From NCBI GenBank assembly GCA_951804945.1, contig OX638150.1, positions 56,482,001 through 56,546,000 of the forward strand: DNA of 64,000 nucleotides. The letters run 5' to 3'. Shown in pieces: positions 1-11,397 of the stretch; positions within the stretch are counted from its first letter, which is position 1, and each line of letters starts with the position of its first letter. A program made the translations under genes and the position numbers. Origin of the DNA: Podarcis cretensis (Eukaryota). Below the pieces are notes generated by a model. That model was given only the letters and a program-made list of their open reading frames with translations, was not told the origin of the DNA and did not search any database.

Positions 1-142
1 AGCTAATGGGGCCTCCCACTGCTGCCACGCCGCCACTGCGCAATTTCTGTTCTCATCCTGAAGCAAAGTTCTTAACCCAAGGTACTATTTCTGTGTTAGC
101 AGAGTCTGTAACCTGAAGCATATGTAACCCGAGGTACCACTG
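1..142. mobile_element. Tc1/mariner-type MITE (right end; truncated by window edge)
   Basis: Ends GAGGTACCACTG + TA; same family as 16955-17185. Confidence 0.8.
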
Positions 143-567
143 TACTTCCTAGTCCTGAACATTGTTCAGCAGTTTGCGTAAGCTGCAGTCGAGAATCCAC
201 AAACATCACTAAGGACCTCATTCCAGAGGACTTGACAAAACCCTGGGACATGATGTTTTAATTTCAGGGCTATTCTAAGACTTGAGAGGCCTCTTGGCAA
301 GAGTTGCCTCCTCTGCTAATGAGCATCCCTGATTGATTTACCCAGTAGAAGTGACTGTGCTCCTTTGACCAATGACACTATAACTGGCACCAGACAACTG
401 CCATTTTAACTTCCCACAATGCCCCAGTGTATTGTTGCTTGGGAGCACTGCAGGAAATTAAAATGACAACCACTAATGGTGTCAAGCACTGGAAAGACAT
501 GTTTCAAAGACAGAGAAAGGGGGGACGCCCTTATAAAAATGAGGAAGGGGAAAAATAAACCTTGTTC

Positions 568-615
<48 letters not shown>

Positions 616-945
616 TTATCATTTCTACCCCGTCCATCTGGCTGGGTTTCCCCAGCCACTCTGGGCGGCTTTCAACAGAATATTAAAAACAGAATAAAAC
701 TTCAAACATCAAAAACTTCCCTAAACCGGGCTACTTTCAGATGTCTTCTAAAAGTTGGATAGTTTTTTCTTTTCTTGACATCTGATGGGAGGGCATTCCA
801 CAGGGCGGGCGCCACTACTGAGAAGGCCCTCTGCCTGGTTCCCTTAACTTCACTTCTCGCAGTGAGGGAACCACCAGAAGACGCTTGGAGCTGGACCTCA
901 GTGTCCGGGGTGAACAATGGGGGTGGAGATGCTCCTTCAGGTATA
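568..945 (-). mobile_element. L2 LINE 3' fragment with (TTA)n tail
   Basis: C-terminal peptide RAFSVVAPALWNALP...FRRHLK; the (AAT)n microsatellite at 568-614 is the tail. Confidence 0.8.
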
Positions 946-1795
946 CTGTTTAAAAATAAAAAGGTGGGGGAATAAAGACCCTGTTTAACTGCATATGATT
1001 TAAAAAAATAAATAAGTGAAGTAACTGTGCATACAGTGCTACCTGGATGACCTCATTATAAGGAAGCTTCCTATGCTCCCCCTACTTCAGAAGCAGAGAA
1101 GGGACTGCTGAGATCTAGATGTTGCTGCCACCTGTAACTCCTAAAACCAGTGGTGTCCTTCTACAAAGGTCCTTCAGTGCACTGTAACTCCTAAAACAAT
1201 GTAAAGCATCAATGGATTCTGTGGGTCTGTTTCTGTTGCTATTTTTATTTTATCTCATTAATAGTTGGCTTGGATGGAATTTCCTTGAGTTTTTACACAA
1301 GGAATTTGCCGACTTGTTCTTCTGATTTCCAGTACGCCGGGCACATGCATGCCATGAGATAACCAGCATGCTGGACATTACGAACCTAATTTTATTACAA
1401 GAGCAAGTCATGAGCAAAAGGTGTTTTATATAACTGTCCAGTTTGTCTTTCCCACTGCTTAATCTCCATATGCATCAAAACTTTGAGTCTCTTCCTACTA
1501 TTAATTAAGGCTTGTGAGATTATTTTACGCCATAAGTATGATTTCAATACATCCCATTAGTAGAGGCTGTGCTATTTCAATAAATTACTGTATGGCTGAG
1601 AGAAAAATGGCGTCCTAAGTAGGAAGGAACTGAGTCTCTACTGGTGAGGCGAGTCATTTCAAAGTGGCTGTAGCACTAAACTCACTGGGGCATGATCCAA
1701 AATGAGAACTGGTGCAGTCATAAATCTTATGATCTTTGACAAAGTGGAGTAAATACTAAGAAACAGTGTAGCCTCCAGCAGTTCTTACATACACA

Positions 1796-2168
1796 GGACA
1801 CGGGTGGTGCTGTGGTCTAAATCACTGCGTCTCTTGGGCCTGGCGATCAAAAGGTCTGAATCTCCGTGATGAGGTGAGCTCCCATTGCTCTGTCCCAGCA
1901 CCTGCCAACCTAGCAGTTCAGAAGCACTCCAGTAGGTAAATAGGTACCGCTGTGGTGGAAAGGTAAACAGCATTTCCATGAGCTCTGATTTCCGTCATGG
2001 TGTTCCATTGTGCCAGAAGCGGTTTAGTCATGCTGGCCAAATGACCGGGAAAGCTGACTGTGGACAAACACCAGCTCCCTCAGCCTGAAGGCGAGATGAG
2101 CGCCGCAACCCCATAGTCGCCTTTGACTGGACTTAACCATCCAGGGGTCCTTTACCTTTACCTTTTGT
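1796..2168 (+). mobile_element. Sauria SINE
   Basis: GGACaCGGGTGGtGCTGTGG head, (ACCTTT)n tail, TSD ttacatacaca. Confidence 0.85.
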
Positions 2169-2659
2169 TTACATACACAGCAAAGAGGGAGCAAACAACA
2201 ATAGTTCGAAAACTTTAAAAAAAACAACAGTAAAAAACATAGTTGCCAACAGGCATGGAAAAATAAAAGGTCTGCACCCATTAAAAACTAGTCCATTGCC
2301 AACAGATGGTCCAGGATGTTTTGCTACTAGAGGCAAAATAGAAAATGGATGAAGGAATGAGCGGTGCGCTCCCCCAAGGTCAAATCTGCTGCCCCTCCCA
2401 AATGCTGATGACTGCCACCTTGAGGCCACTGCCTCATAATGCCTCATGGGTTGGCTAGCCCTGCCACTGCCACAGAGAAGACCTTTTCTTCACCCACCTC
2501 ACACCATGAGGCAGTTGGGGATGGTGGTAGATAAGGGATCCAATTTTAAAATCCAGGCAGTCAAATGTGGGGAGAAATGATCTTACGGGTGTCCTGTCCC
2601 CAAGCAACTTGGGGCTTTGAAGATTAATACTAGCACTCTGAACTAGACCAGGAAACTGG

Positions 2660-3915
2660 AATACAGAAAAAAACTTATTTCTAGAGTGTACAAGTTATTA
2701 CTAGAATGGGAGACAAAAGGTGAACTGGTAAAATAAGCTATTGGGCGAGGGGTATAGAACATAATATAGAATTCAGTGCACATGAGAAATTATGGAAGAA
2801 AGACTTAAAATTTACAGCATGTTACAATTTTATGAAAATGATCAGTAGTACCTGACGCCTAGTAAATTAGCAAAGATGTATAAGTCAGAATCAGATATTT
2901 GTTGGAAATGTAAAGAGAAAGAAGGTACTTTCTATCATATGTGGTGGACATGCAAAATGGCTAAGGGCTTCTGGGAGATGATACACAATGAAATGAAGAG
3001 GGGGGGAGGCCCTTTGTATAAAGCTTTTCTTTTAGGAATTGTTTCAGATGTACCTAGAGATCGGGGGGGGGGGGATTCCTTTAAAAAAAGGGGAAAAGGA
3101 AAGGAAAATCTTTTCATGTATGCAACTAGGTAAAGGTAAAGGTACCCCTGCCCGTACGGGCCAGTCTTGACAGACTCTGGGGTTGTGCACCCATCTCACT
3201 TAAGAGGCCAGGGGCCAGCGCTGTCCGGAGACACTTCCGGGTCACGTGGCCAGCATGACATCGCTGCTCTGGCCAGAGCCAGAGCCAGAGCCGCACACAG
3301 AAATGCCGTTTACCTTCCCGCTGGTAAGCGGTCCCTATTTATCTACTTGCACCCGGAGGTGCTTTCGAACTGCTAGGTTGGCAGGCGCTGGGACCGAGCA
3401 GCGGGAGCGCACCCCGCCGCAGGGATTCGAACCGCCGACCTTTCGATCGGCAAGCCCTAGGCGCTGAGGCTTTAACCCACAGCGCCACCTGCGTCCTCAT
3501 GTATGCAACTACAGCAGCCCAAATGGTATATGTTCAGAAATGGAAGGAGGGTAAACACCCACAAAGCAGGAATGGCAGATGAAACTGATGGACTATGCAG
3601 AAATGGTAAGTTTAATTAGTAGAATAAGAGACCAGGAAGAAAGAGACTTTCAGGAACACTGGAAAAGATTTGAAATATTTAGAATATTCAAAAAACTATT
3701 GTAAACCAATTAAAACTGATTAGAGTAAATTCAGAAGTATAATGCAAACTGAGATAAAAAGGGGGGAAAGAACATGAAATAACTAGAATATGCAGTGGTA
3801 AAGGGTAAATAAAATGAAACATGGAACAGGGGGAAGGGAAGTGAAGGTGAAATGTATGGTTTGTATTTTGGTGACTGTAAATGTGTAAATTTTGTAAAAT
3901 TGGGGGGGGGGATAG
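2660..3915 (+). mobile_element. L1-clade LINE 3' fragment (degenerate ORF2 C-terminus), interrupted by a SINE
   Basis: Zinc-knuckle peptide CWKC..GTFYHMWWTC; absent at the homologous position upstream of copy B. Boundaries approximate. Confidence 0.75.
3129..3496 (-). mobile_element. Sauria SINE nested in L1
   Basis: 15-bp TSD tcatgtatgcaacta (3114-3128 / 3497-3511). Confidence 0.9.
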
Positions 3916-3952
3916 GGAACCACCTGGACATTCTAATTTGGGCCGAAAGCAT

Positions 3953-4131
3953 AGATAATCCTGTACATGATGAAGTCCTATCAGATATAACTTGATAGGA
4001 TTTCCATTGAATAGCAACAATTGCTCATTATGACCATGATGTCAAGATTGATGTGGTTTTGCGATTTTGAGGAGGGTGGAGATTCTGCACATACTGACAG
4101 CTATCTTTTTTTCCGTTGTTACACATATAAA
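3953..4131 (+). promoter_or_regulatory. Proximal promoter of IL13-like copy A
   Basis: TATAAA 4126-4131; GATA CTATCT 4101-4106; RUNX TGTGGTT 4052-4058; AP-1-like TTGCTCA 4021-4027; NFAT TTTCCA 4001-4006. All are retained in the copy B promoter. Confidence 0.7.
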
Positions 4132-4196
4132 TATTCAGCTTGCAAAGGAGCAACAAGCAGTAAGGATTGTTGTAGTGCCTAATAATCAAAAGGACA

Positions 4197-4355
4197 ATGC
4201 CCGCGTTTCTGAAAGCAATCCTGGCAATCTGCTTGTTGGTAGAAATTGTTTCTACCACTCCATTAAGACAACCAGAACTGATGGATGATAGAAAATTTAA
4301 AATATATGTTGCAAAGTTAAACACCAGCCTTGGTCCAGCATGTGAGAGCTTAAAG
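4197..4355 (+). CDS. IL13: IL13-like copy A exon 1 (signal peptide + helix A)
   Basis: ATG at 4197; 53 codons; strong donor AAG|GTAAGT. Confidence 0.9.
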
Positions 4356-7300
4356 GTAAGTCAAATATCATATTTGTTTTTATTGTCATGTCATTATGTA
4401 TTGTGGCCAATTTATTGCTCATTGAACAATCACAAAGAAGGCAAGGAGGATGTTTTGGTATTAAACCAACTTCCGTTGGCAAAATGTGCTAACTTTTCTC
4501 TCTCTCTCAAAATGTGCTAAGAAGAAGAAGAAGAAAAGGGGTTGTACTTTTTTACACAACATAAATGGTTCAATAGGATGTATCACTTTACTCAATATTC
4601 AGATTCATTCCTTGGAAGCATCAGTGTTTTATCTTTCTAGGAAACCTTTAACAGCAGCATGTTGATGATGCTACTGATTCAGAATCTTTACCATGATTGC
4701 CACTTTAAAAAAGAAATATATTATTATTTCGCAAGTGTATAGGTATTAGACAAAATCTTCATTACATTATTAATTCTAAACCACATCAGAACTTTCCTTT
4801 CATTCAACAATGATTTCAGTAATTATTCACTGATGTATGCTGCTTTGAGCACTTTGCAGAAAGGTAGGATAGAAAGTGTAATACAGTAAGTAAATAACTA
4901 TTGGATAAAAATTGTGCTGCTGAAAGCTTAAGATATTTGCGAGTTGCTGTTAGCAGACCGGGCTAGTATCTAATCTAGAATCATAAGCATTAATATAAGC
5001 AGAAACCAGTAACAATTATTTAGTGAATATGTTCTCAGCATAATGAGACAACAAGAAAATCCCAAAGTAATCTCCTTTCTTTGTAAAATCTAGAACTGAA
5101 AGTTACAGGTCACACATTCTGCTCTGCCCAGGGACCAGAATCCAGAGATATGATGCTGAAGTCCATGGCTCTACAGTGTATCTTAGAGCAACTGGCACAA
5201 TATACATGATACTGGTCCACCTATTACCCCTTTAACCATGTTCCCTCATGCTGGTAGGCTTCTGTGCATGAAATATATAGGAACAAGCTGCCTGTAGTAG
5301 ATTGTTTTCACAAATGGATTCAGGTTTCTTCTATATGAGGGCAAATGTGTTCCCCTCACTCAGTTCAGCTTGCATGGTTTACAGTTTTAGGCTTTTAAAA
5401 AAAGTCTTCCTGAAGTCCTTTGCAGAACATCATTTTTTCAGGAACACCCAGCCTGGTATCTTTGACAAACCTACAAATGAGCCATGATGCTGGCAATTGG
5501 TTATCCCCAACATCTGGTAATCGCACATACGCTGCCTGTGGAGGTGAAGACTTCATGTTGAATTACTGTAGCCATTGAGAAACTCCTTCTCATTGAATCA
5601 GTCTGGTCCATGTTTGAAGAAGACCAGCAGGCACTTCCTTCCTCTAAAATGGAAATGAGAGCGGGTGCAGGAAACAGTTGCCCAAGGTATAGCCAGCGAG
5701 TCAGGACTCGCTTGCCAAAGTTTCCTTCCTTAACCAATTTATTGCCTTTTGTTTTACAGAATTCATCTTGTGGTAATGAAGAAATAAGAAAGATTCACTT
5801 TGAACATAATGCTGAGAAAATTGTAAGTGAAAAGTTTATGTCCTTAACCCAAAATGTATAGCTTGAAAGTGTTTAGCAGCAAAAACCGAGCTGTTTGGGG
5901 CATGTGGTGGGTGGGTTGAACAGACATTTAGAAAATCTTCTGTAATTTATATGGCTACTTTATTGAGGAGTGTCCACAGTTGGCATCAAGCCATTCTTTA
6001 TTCATTATTTTGAAATGCTACAGATTGCTGTCCATATAGTCAAAACGTTTGTTGCTATGGCAGGGCAGTGGAAGGGACACTAAATTATCAGGTTGCAAAA
6101 AAGCAATTCCACTGAAAAAGTTCTCAACACTTGGGAATTGCAACACAATTTCCCAGTACAGGATAAAATATAAATTATGCATTGGAGAAAATTGCATTTT
6201 TTCATAAATATCAATATATTACTTTTTATTTAATTTCTGCTTTCCTCAGTTATAAAGGTTTTTGGATGCGCTGCTTCTCAGCCTGCTACTTCATTTGATT
6301 CAGGCAGGTCTCTTCACAATACGTGATATGGTTCAGGCTCATAGAACTTTAAACCACTATGAAAAATGTGGTTGCAGAAATTTACAAACTATGTAATGCC
6401 TTGTTAGGGACGTGGGTGGTGCTGTGGGTTAAACTACAGAGCCTAGGACTTGCCGATCAGAAGATTGGCAGCTCGAATCCCTGTAACGGAGTGAGCTCCC
6501 ATTGCTCGGTCCCTGCTCCTGCCAACCTACCAGTTCAAAAGCACATCAAAGTGCAAGTAGATAAACAGGTACCACTCCGGTGGGAAGGTAAACGGTGTTT
6601 CCGTGCGCTGCTCTGGTTCGCCAGAAGTGGCTTAGTCATGCTGGCCACATGACCTGGAAGCTGTACGCCGGCTCCCTCAGCCAATAAAGCGAGATGAGCA
6701 CCGCGACCCCAGAGTCGGTCACAACTGGACCTAATGGTCAGGGGGCCCTTTACCTTTACCTAATGCCTTGTTATGACCAACCAGGGGTATGTAGGAAAGG
6801 AGCCTTGCTTCTGCAAGTGTTGAGGCCTTCTCATTAAATCTTTAAGCCTGTCTCAGTCTGGAGTACAAGGAAGTACTTAGTTGGGAGAGAAACAGCAGAA
6901 TCCTTGCCATGTCTATTCACAAGTTACGTAGTCCTACTGAATTCATTAGGCTTTACCCCACTGTAAGTGTGGTTAGAATTGCAGCCTAAAGCTGTATTGT
7001 CATACACTCTTGCCTTGAAGTAAGTCCTACTGAACTCAGGAGGGCTTACTTCTTAGAAGGCATGGTTAGGATTTCAGTCTTATAATCTTGGAAGTGACAT
7101 CCTTCTAGAATGACATGTGCTTTTTTTAGAATATTGTTATTACACTTCAAAGAACATGTTAAAAGACACACATGATTTTTGTAATTATGTATGCCATGCA
7201 AGTAGCTGACCAAGGGAAAAACATCAGGGATTGATCCGCTATAGCATGAAACATAAATAAATTAGATTATACATAATGATAACGAGTAACTTGAGTCTTG

Positions 7301-7963
7301 AGAACATTATCTCCCTAAACAAGTAGTTCAGTTAAAAAAAGTATTGTGTCAAGTAAGAAATATGAACAAACCTTGTACTCAGTATGTATTGAAGTAGTCA
7401 TTCTACATTCAACTTTGAACTTTTCTCAACAGTGTCAAACTTACAAAAACGTATTTTTGGATGTCCACTGTGCCCTCGATAAAGCTGCAAAAAGCAGTCC
7501 AACTGAATGCAACAAAACTGTGTCTAAGATCCAGCCACACCCAGAGCTGTTTGACAACCAAGTGAGTATTCTCTGAACATATATATTTCCCATCAGTGAG
7601 AATCTTGTGAAAATCCAATCTTATTCGCTGACTCAGATCTTATCAGATGTGCGGAAAATCTGAAGAGAGATTTGCTTAACCAAACTTTGATCCAGCAGGT
7701 CAGATAGGCCTTTTGCAAGGCACAGCCACAGAATGATGAGAGAAGCTCTCAGACCTGTGAGAATTAATCAGTACTTAAATACGATCAGAATATGGGCCAA
7801 GAAAATGTGTGGATGAGCCTGTGGTAGAGAAAAAGTTTGCCCCTGCCCCTTTCAGACACTATTGGGGAGGGATTCCAGTATGGGATATATTTTTACAAGC
7901 ATATTTATAAATTGCTTTATCTTGACCTAAGAGATCAGCTCTAATCATCTGTCTCTAAAACAA

Positions 7964-8001
<38 letters not shown>

Positions 8002-8222
8002 ATCTTCTGAATGAGCCAAAATTCGTTCAGGCCTGCTTCTACAAATTACCGTTTTGGTAGCTTTGCACTGTTGGCGCTGTGCAGCCATATCAACTCTCCT
8101 TTTGTCTCCCTTTAAAGACCAGCTGCACTTTACCAAACGATGATGACATGCTAATGAAGGAATTCTGCCTCAGACTACAAAACTACGTCAGCCACTTATA
8201 TGCCAACTGTGCGAAGAGCTAA
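4197..8222 (+). CDS. IL13: IL-13-like short-chain four-helix cytokine, copy A (151 aa, 4 exons: 4197-4355, 5760-5822, 7433-7561, 8118-8222)
   Basis: Four exons joined by phase-0 GT-AG introns (159+63+129+105 nt). Protein: MPAFLKAILAICLLVEIVSTTPLRQPELMDDRKFKIYVAKLNTSLGPACESLK|NSSCGNEEIRKIHFEHNAEKI|CQTYKNVFLDVHCALDKAAKSSPTECNKTVSKIQPHPELFDNQ|TSCTLPNDDDMLMKEFCLRLQNYVSHLYANCAKS*. It has a signal peptide, a TATA box, an AU-rich 3'UTR and a helix-D F-x-x-x-L-x-x-Y motif, and lies in the RAD50 locus. The signal LKAxLA..ExVxxTPL and the C-terminus resemble avian IL-13 as I recall it. Confidence 0.85.
5760..5822 (+). CDS. IL13: IL13-like copy A exon 2
   Basis: Acceptor ttttgttttacag, donor |gtaagt; 21 codons; 16/21 identical to copy B exon 2. 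Confidence 0.88.
6407..6760 (+). mobile_element. Sauria SINE in copy A intron 2
   Basis: 13-bp TSD taatgccttgtta; empty site in copy B (~17500). Confidence 0.9.
7433..7561 (+). CDS. IL13: IL13-like copy A exon 3
   Basis: Acceptor ttttctcaacag, donor |gtgagt; 43 codons; homologous to 15927-16046(-). Confidence 0.88.
7964..8000. repeat. (CTA)n microsatellite in copy A intron 3
   Basis: Direct inspection. Confidence 0.9.
8118..8222 (+). CDS. IL13: IL13-like copy A exon 4 (helix D, stop)
   Basis: Polypyrimidine tract + taaag acceptor; 34 codons + TAA; MKEFC shared with copy B. Confidence 0.88.
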   Translation, partial: TSCTLPNDDDMLMKEFCLRLQNYVSHLYANCAKS

Positions 8223-10196
8223 AAGTGTACATCATAAGGAGTAAGAAGATGTTTGTTTCATAGGAAACCATGGCATCTGACATTGTCCTGGAAACCAACA
8301 CTTCATTTGTGTTTGTTATTCTTAATGTCTGCTATCGAAAGGGTTAAAGCAATAATTAATTTCTCCAGTCAGGAAAAAAAGAAAATCAATAATAATACAA
8401 ACTACCCACATCAGTGAGCTCAAAGAGCCTTGAGCGTCATCATATGTATTTGGAGGCTGCTACCGTGGGCAAAGATTTGAGGACCAAAATCAAATCCACA
8501 GCATTCGTTTAAAGTCCATGGCTTTCTTCCAAAGAATCCTGGGAACTGTAGTTTGGTAATGGGGCAGGGAGTTGTCGCTTTGTGGTGGGTAAACTACAGT
8601 TCCCAAGATTATTTGGGGTCACAAAAGAACATCTCCTTAAAAAATGACTGGAACAAAGAACAGACCCTCCAAGTGCCCTATTTTCCAGGGACATTCCTGA
8701 TTTAGAGAAGCCATCTCGGTTTCTGATTTGATCCCAGAATGCCCCTTCCGATCTTCAGGAGGAGGGGGGGTTGTGGGATCACGACCCCGCCCACACTCAC
8801 TCTGCGAGGCTGGCGTCAGCCTCGCAGGAGACAGGGATTCACCCAATTAGCATACCCTGTGGCGCCAGCCAATTGGCTGGTGGCAGGGGCGGGCCTTCCT
8901 AGGGCCACTTAAGGTCAGGGCAGCCCCTGGCTCGCCCCCTTTCTTCCCTGGAGACGACGCAGAATGTCCTGCTTTTCCTTAAGACATCCCTATTTTAATT
9001 GGAGAAGTGTCGGAAGATATGGAGTCATCCGACCCCCAAACTGTATGAAAGCAACCCTGTACTATATAGGAAAGTTTTCTTAATGTTTCATGTATTATTA
9101 TATGTTGGAAGCTAGCCCAGAGTGACTGGGGCAACCCAGTAAGATGTGTTGGGTATAAAATTATCATTCTTGAATGGGACGTCCCTATTTTCATCAGAGA
9201 AATGTTGGAGGAGGGTATGAAAGAAGAAGAAGCTCTCTCGAAGTCTGGTTGTGCCCAAGTGTGGCAGCAGCAGCCTTTAAGTGCCCATCTAGGAACTGAA
9301 GGTGGAAACAGGTTGAACCAGAAGCAAAAAATTTAAGGCAAATATAGTACAGTACAGCAATATTCCTCCCTCTTATCCCACAGGAGAGTCCATGGATTTA
9401 GGGCATTTTCATATGAGACACTTTTTCAGACTGCATGTACACCGTGCATTTCAGTCAGATGGCTTCCCCAAAGAATCCTGGGAATTGTAGTTTGTTAAAA
9501 GTGCTCTGTGTGGGTTGCATTTTCTATCAAGGCATGCCTTAACATCAGCAGGGAATCCATTTTTATTTTATTTCTTAAATTTGTTGTTATATAGTTGCAA
9601 CTGACGACTTTTTACCAAGCAGTAGTTTAACATGGTGTGTGTGTATGTCACTGCTGTCTGATTTGTTCTGTCAAGTCCTACAGAAAATGTCAGCATAAAT
9701 CTTGGGCAGATGTGTGGTAAAGTGGTTGTCTGCATCTATCCATCCATTCATAAAGATGGAGGGGTGTGTGAAAGCACTGAAATAGAGTTTATTTCCTCTT
9801 AGCAGTTTCATGACATTGGGTTGAACTTATTTATTTCTGTTCTATTTAACATATTTAATATTTTATATTATAAATATTTTCTTATCAAGATTGGAAAACA
9901 AACCTGTGATTAAGTGTTACAATAAATGAGATATTTTGTTGAAATTAGTAACCATAAGAGTTATGACCATTATTTAATATTTAAAACCATAGTTATATAT
10001 TTTCTTGTTTGTAGTTATGTAATTGGTACTGTTATTGTTTTCATAAACTTTCCTCATTTTGTACTGAAGAATAATTTTATACATGTTTGTACTGCAATTG
10101 CATTTATTCTGTATTTAAATTGATATGGATTTCTTATGTGCTGTTTTTATATTAAGTTAATAATGAAAATATTTAAGTTACCGAACACACAATAAA
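8223..10196 (+). other. AU-rich 3'UTR of copy A ending at polyA signal AATAAA 10191-10196
   Basis: Several ATTTA/TTATTTAT motifs at 9560-10180; the AATAAA context is conserved with copy B. An earlier AATAAA is also present at 9921. Confidence 0.6.
8661..9219. mobile_element. Non-autonomous DNA transposon in copy A 3'UTR with a GC-rich internal insert
   Basis: Inverted ends CAGACCCTCCAA ... TTGGAG(GAG)GGTATG; absent from the copy B 3'UTR. Confidence 0.6.
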
Positions 10197-11036
10197 ATCT
10201 TGAGCAAGAGTGAAGTGTTTTCCTTTGATTTTAAGAAGACTTGGATCGAGTCATTTGTGAAGCGGTATGAATTGGGCTTGACATTACACTTTATTGGGTA
10301 AAGCTGAACCAGCAACAAGGATTACAAACCCAATAAATTTGTTCACCTCACACTTTTCAGTGCATTTGCTCATCACTTTCCTAAGCACAAAAATATGTAT
10401 TTTTTAAAGATTTATTTTGCTAGGGTGATGGAGTGCTTTAATTCACTGTAATTGTGCACACTTAAAATTCGAGTATTCTTTTTACTAAAACGAGCCCAGG
10501 AAGGGAAATATATCTACACTAATACAAATAAGACTTCTAGAAACAGTTTAAAACAACCTTTTAAAACAGCTTAAAGCTCTTCAAAGCGATCACCTGCTCT
10601 GCAACTAAGTACTATGCACTTGAATCCCTCGCACAAAATTGTGACACTCTGGAGAATGGTCACATTAAGCCTTGGCCTAATCGTCCTCAGTATTCCCATT
10701 TGTACAGTGAGATGGAGGGTGGACTGTGTTTTACAAGGCCTTCTGTGTGCTTAATTCTGTAAATACGTACGTCAAATTCGTGAACATTTGTTTCTGCTTG
10801 TGGCACACTCCTAATTGCACTGGACTCAACTTGCCATTCTCCACTAGCCACCCTGGTCTCACCTCTGGGCTATTGCCAGGCTTCACCTCAAGCCCCACTC
10901 CTGATAGCAACACTTTGTCAAAAACACTAATAAACAATTAAAGAAAAGAAGAATTGCACTGGTATTGCCCTGAATGGATGAGTGGGTGTCTATCAGTGTG
11001 TGGAAATGCCGGGATGGTGAGAAGAGTTGGACTCAC

Positions 11037-11052
11037 CAGCGCCACCTAGCTG
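11037..11052 (-). promoter_or_regulatory. Candidate CTCF binding site
   Basis: rc CAGCTAGGTGGCGCTG resembles the CTCF core CCASYAGRKGGCRS. Confidence 0.5.
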
Positions 11053-11157
11053 CTCTTTTCCTCTTGAGCTAGCTTTGACATTCAGCACCAAACAGTTATA
11101 CAGTAATCCATCTGCGCTCTCTCGCTCTCTCTTTTGTTCTCTCTCCCCCTCCCTCCA

Positions 11158-11213
<56 letters not shown>
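11158..11213. repeat. (AAT)n microsatellite
   Basis: Direct inspection. Confidence 0.95.
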
Positions 11214-11214
<1 letters not shown>

Positions 11215-11397
11215 TCACCCTCAACATGTTTTCTAATTGCCTTGTAAGTCGGAACTGTCTTATAAACAAATGTCACCACTCCCAGTCTTGTCATAACTCG
11301 GACAACTGCTGTTGTCGCAGGAAACCCGCCCCCCCCCCAATCATTCAGTTTGTACAAACTTCACACACACACACACACACTACATATGCTACGCTTC

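Noticed and set aside
476-762. Poly-Ile and poly-Asn ORFs (also 11082-11357)
   Set aside because: They are translations of (AAT)n microsatellites or LINE tails.
4356-4520. Single-exon 107-aa and 131-aa ORFs (4197-4520; 19331-19726)
   Set aside because: These are exon 1 read through the splice donor into intron 1; the extensions are not conserved in frame between the copies.
4641-4740. Possible extra exon after tttctag in copy A intron 1
   Set aside because: No good donor, and the segment is not conserved in copy B.
4197-8222. Copy A as the IL4 (or IL5) ortholog
   Set aside because: It is inverted and shares alignable introns, promoter and UTR (up to ~96%) with copy B, which is not expected for the ancient IL4/IL13 split. 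IL5 lies on the other side of RAD50.
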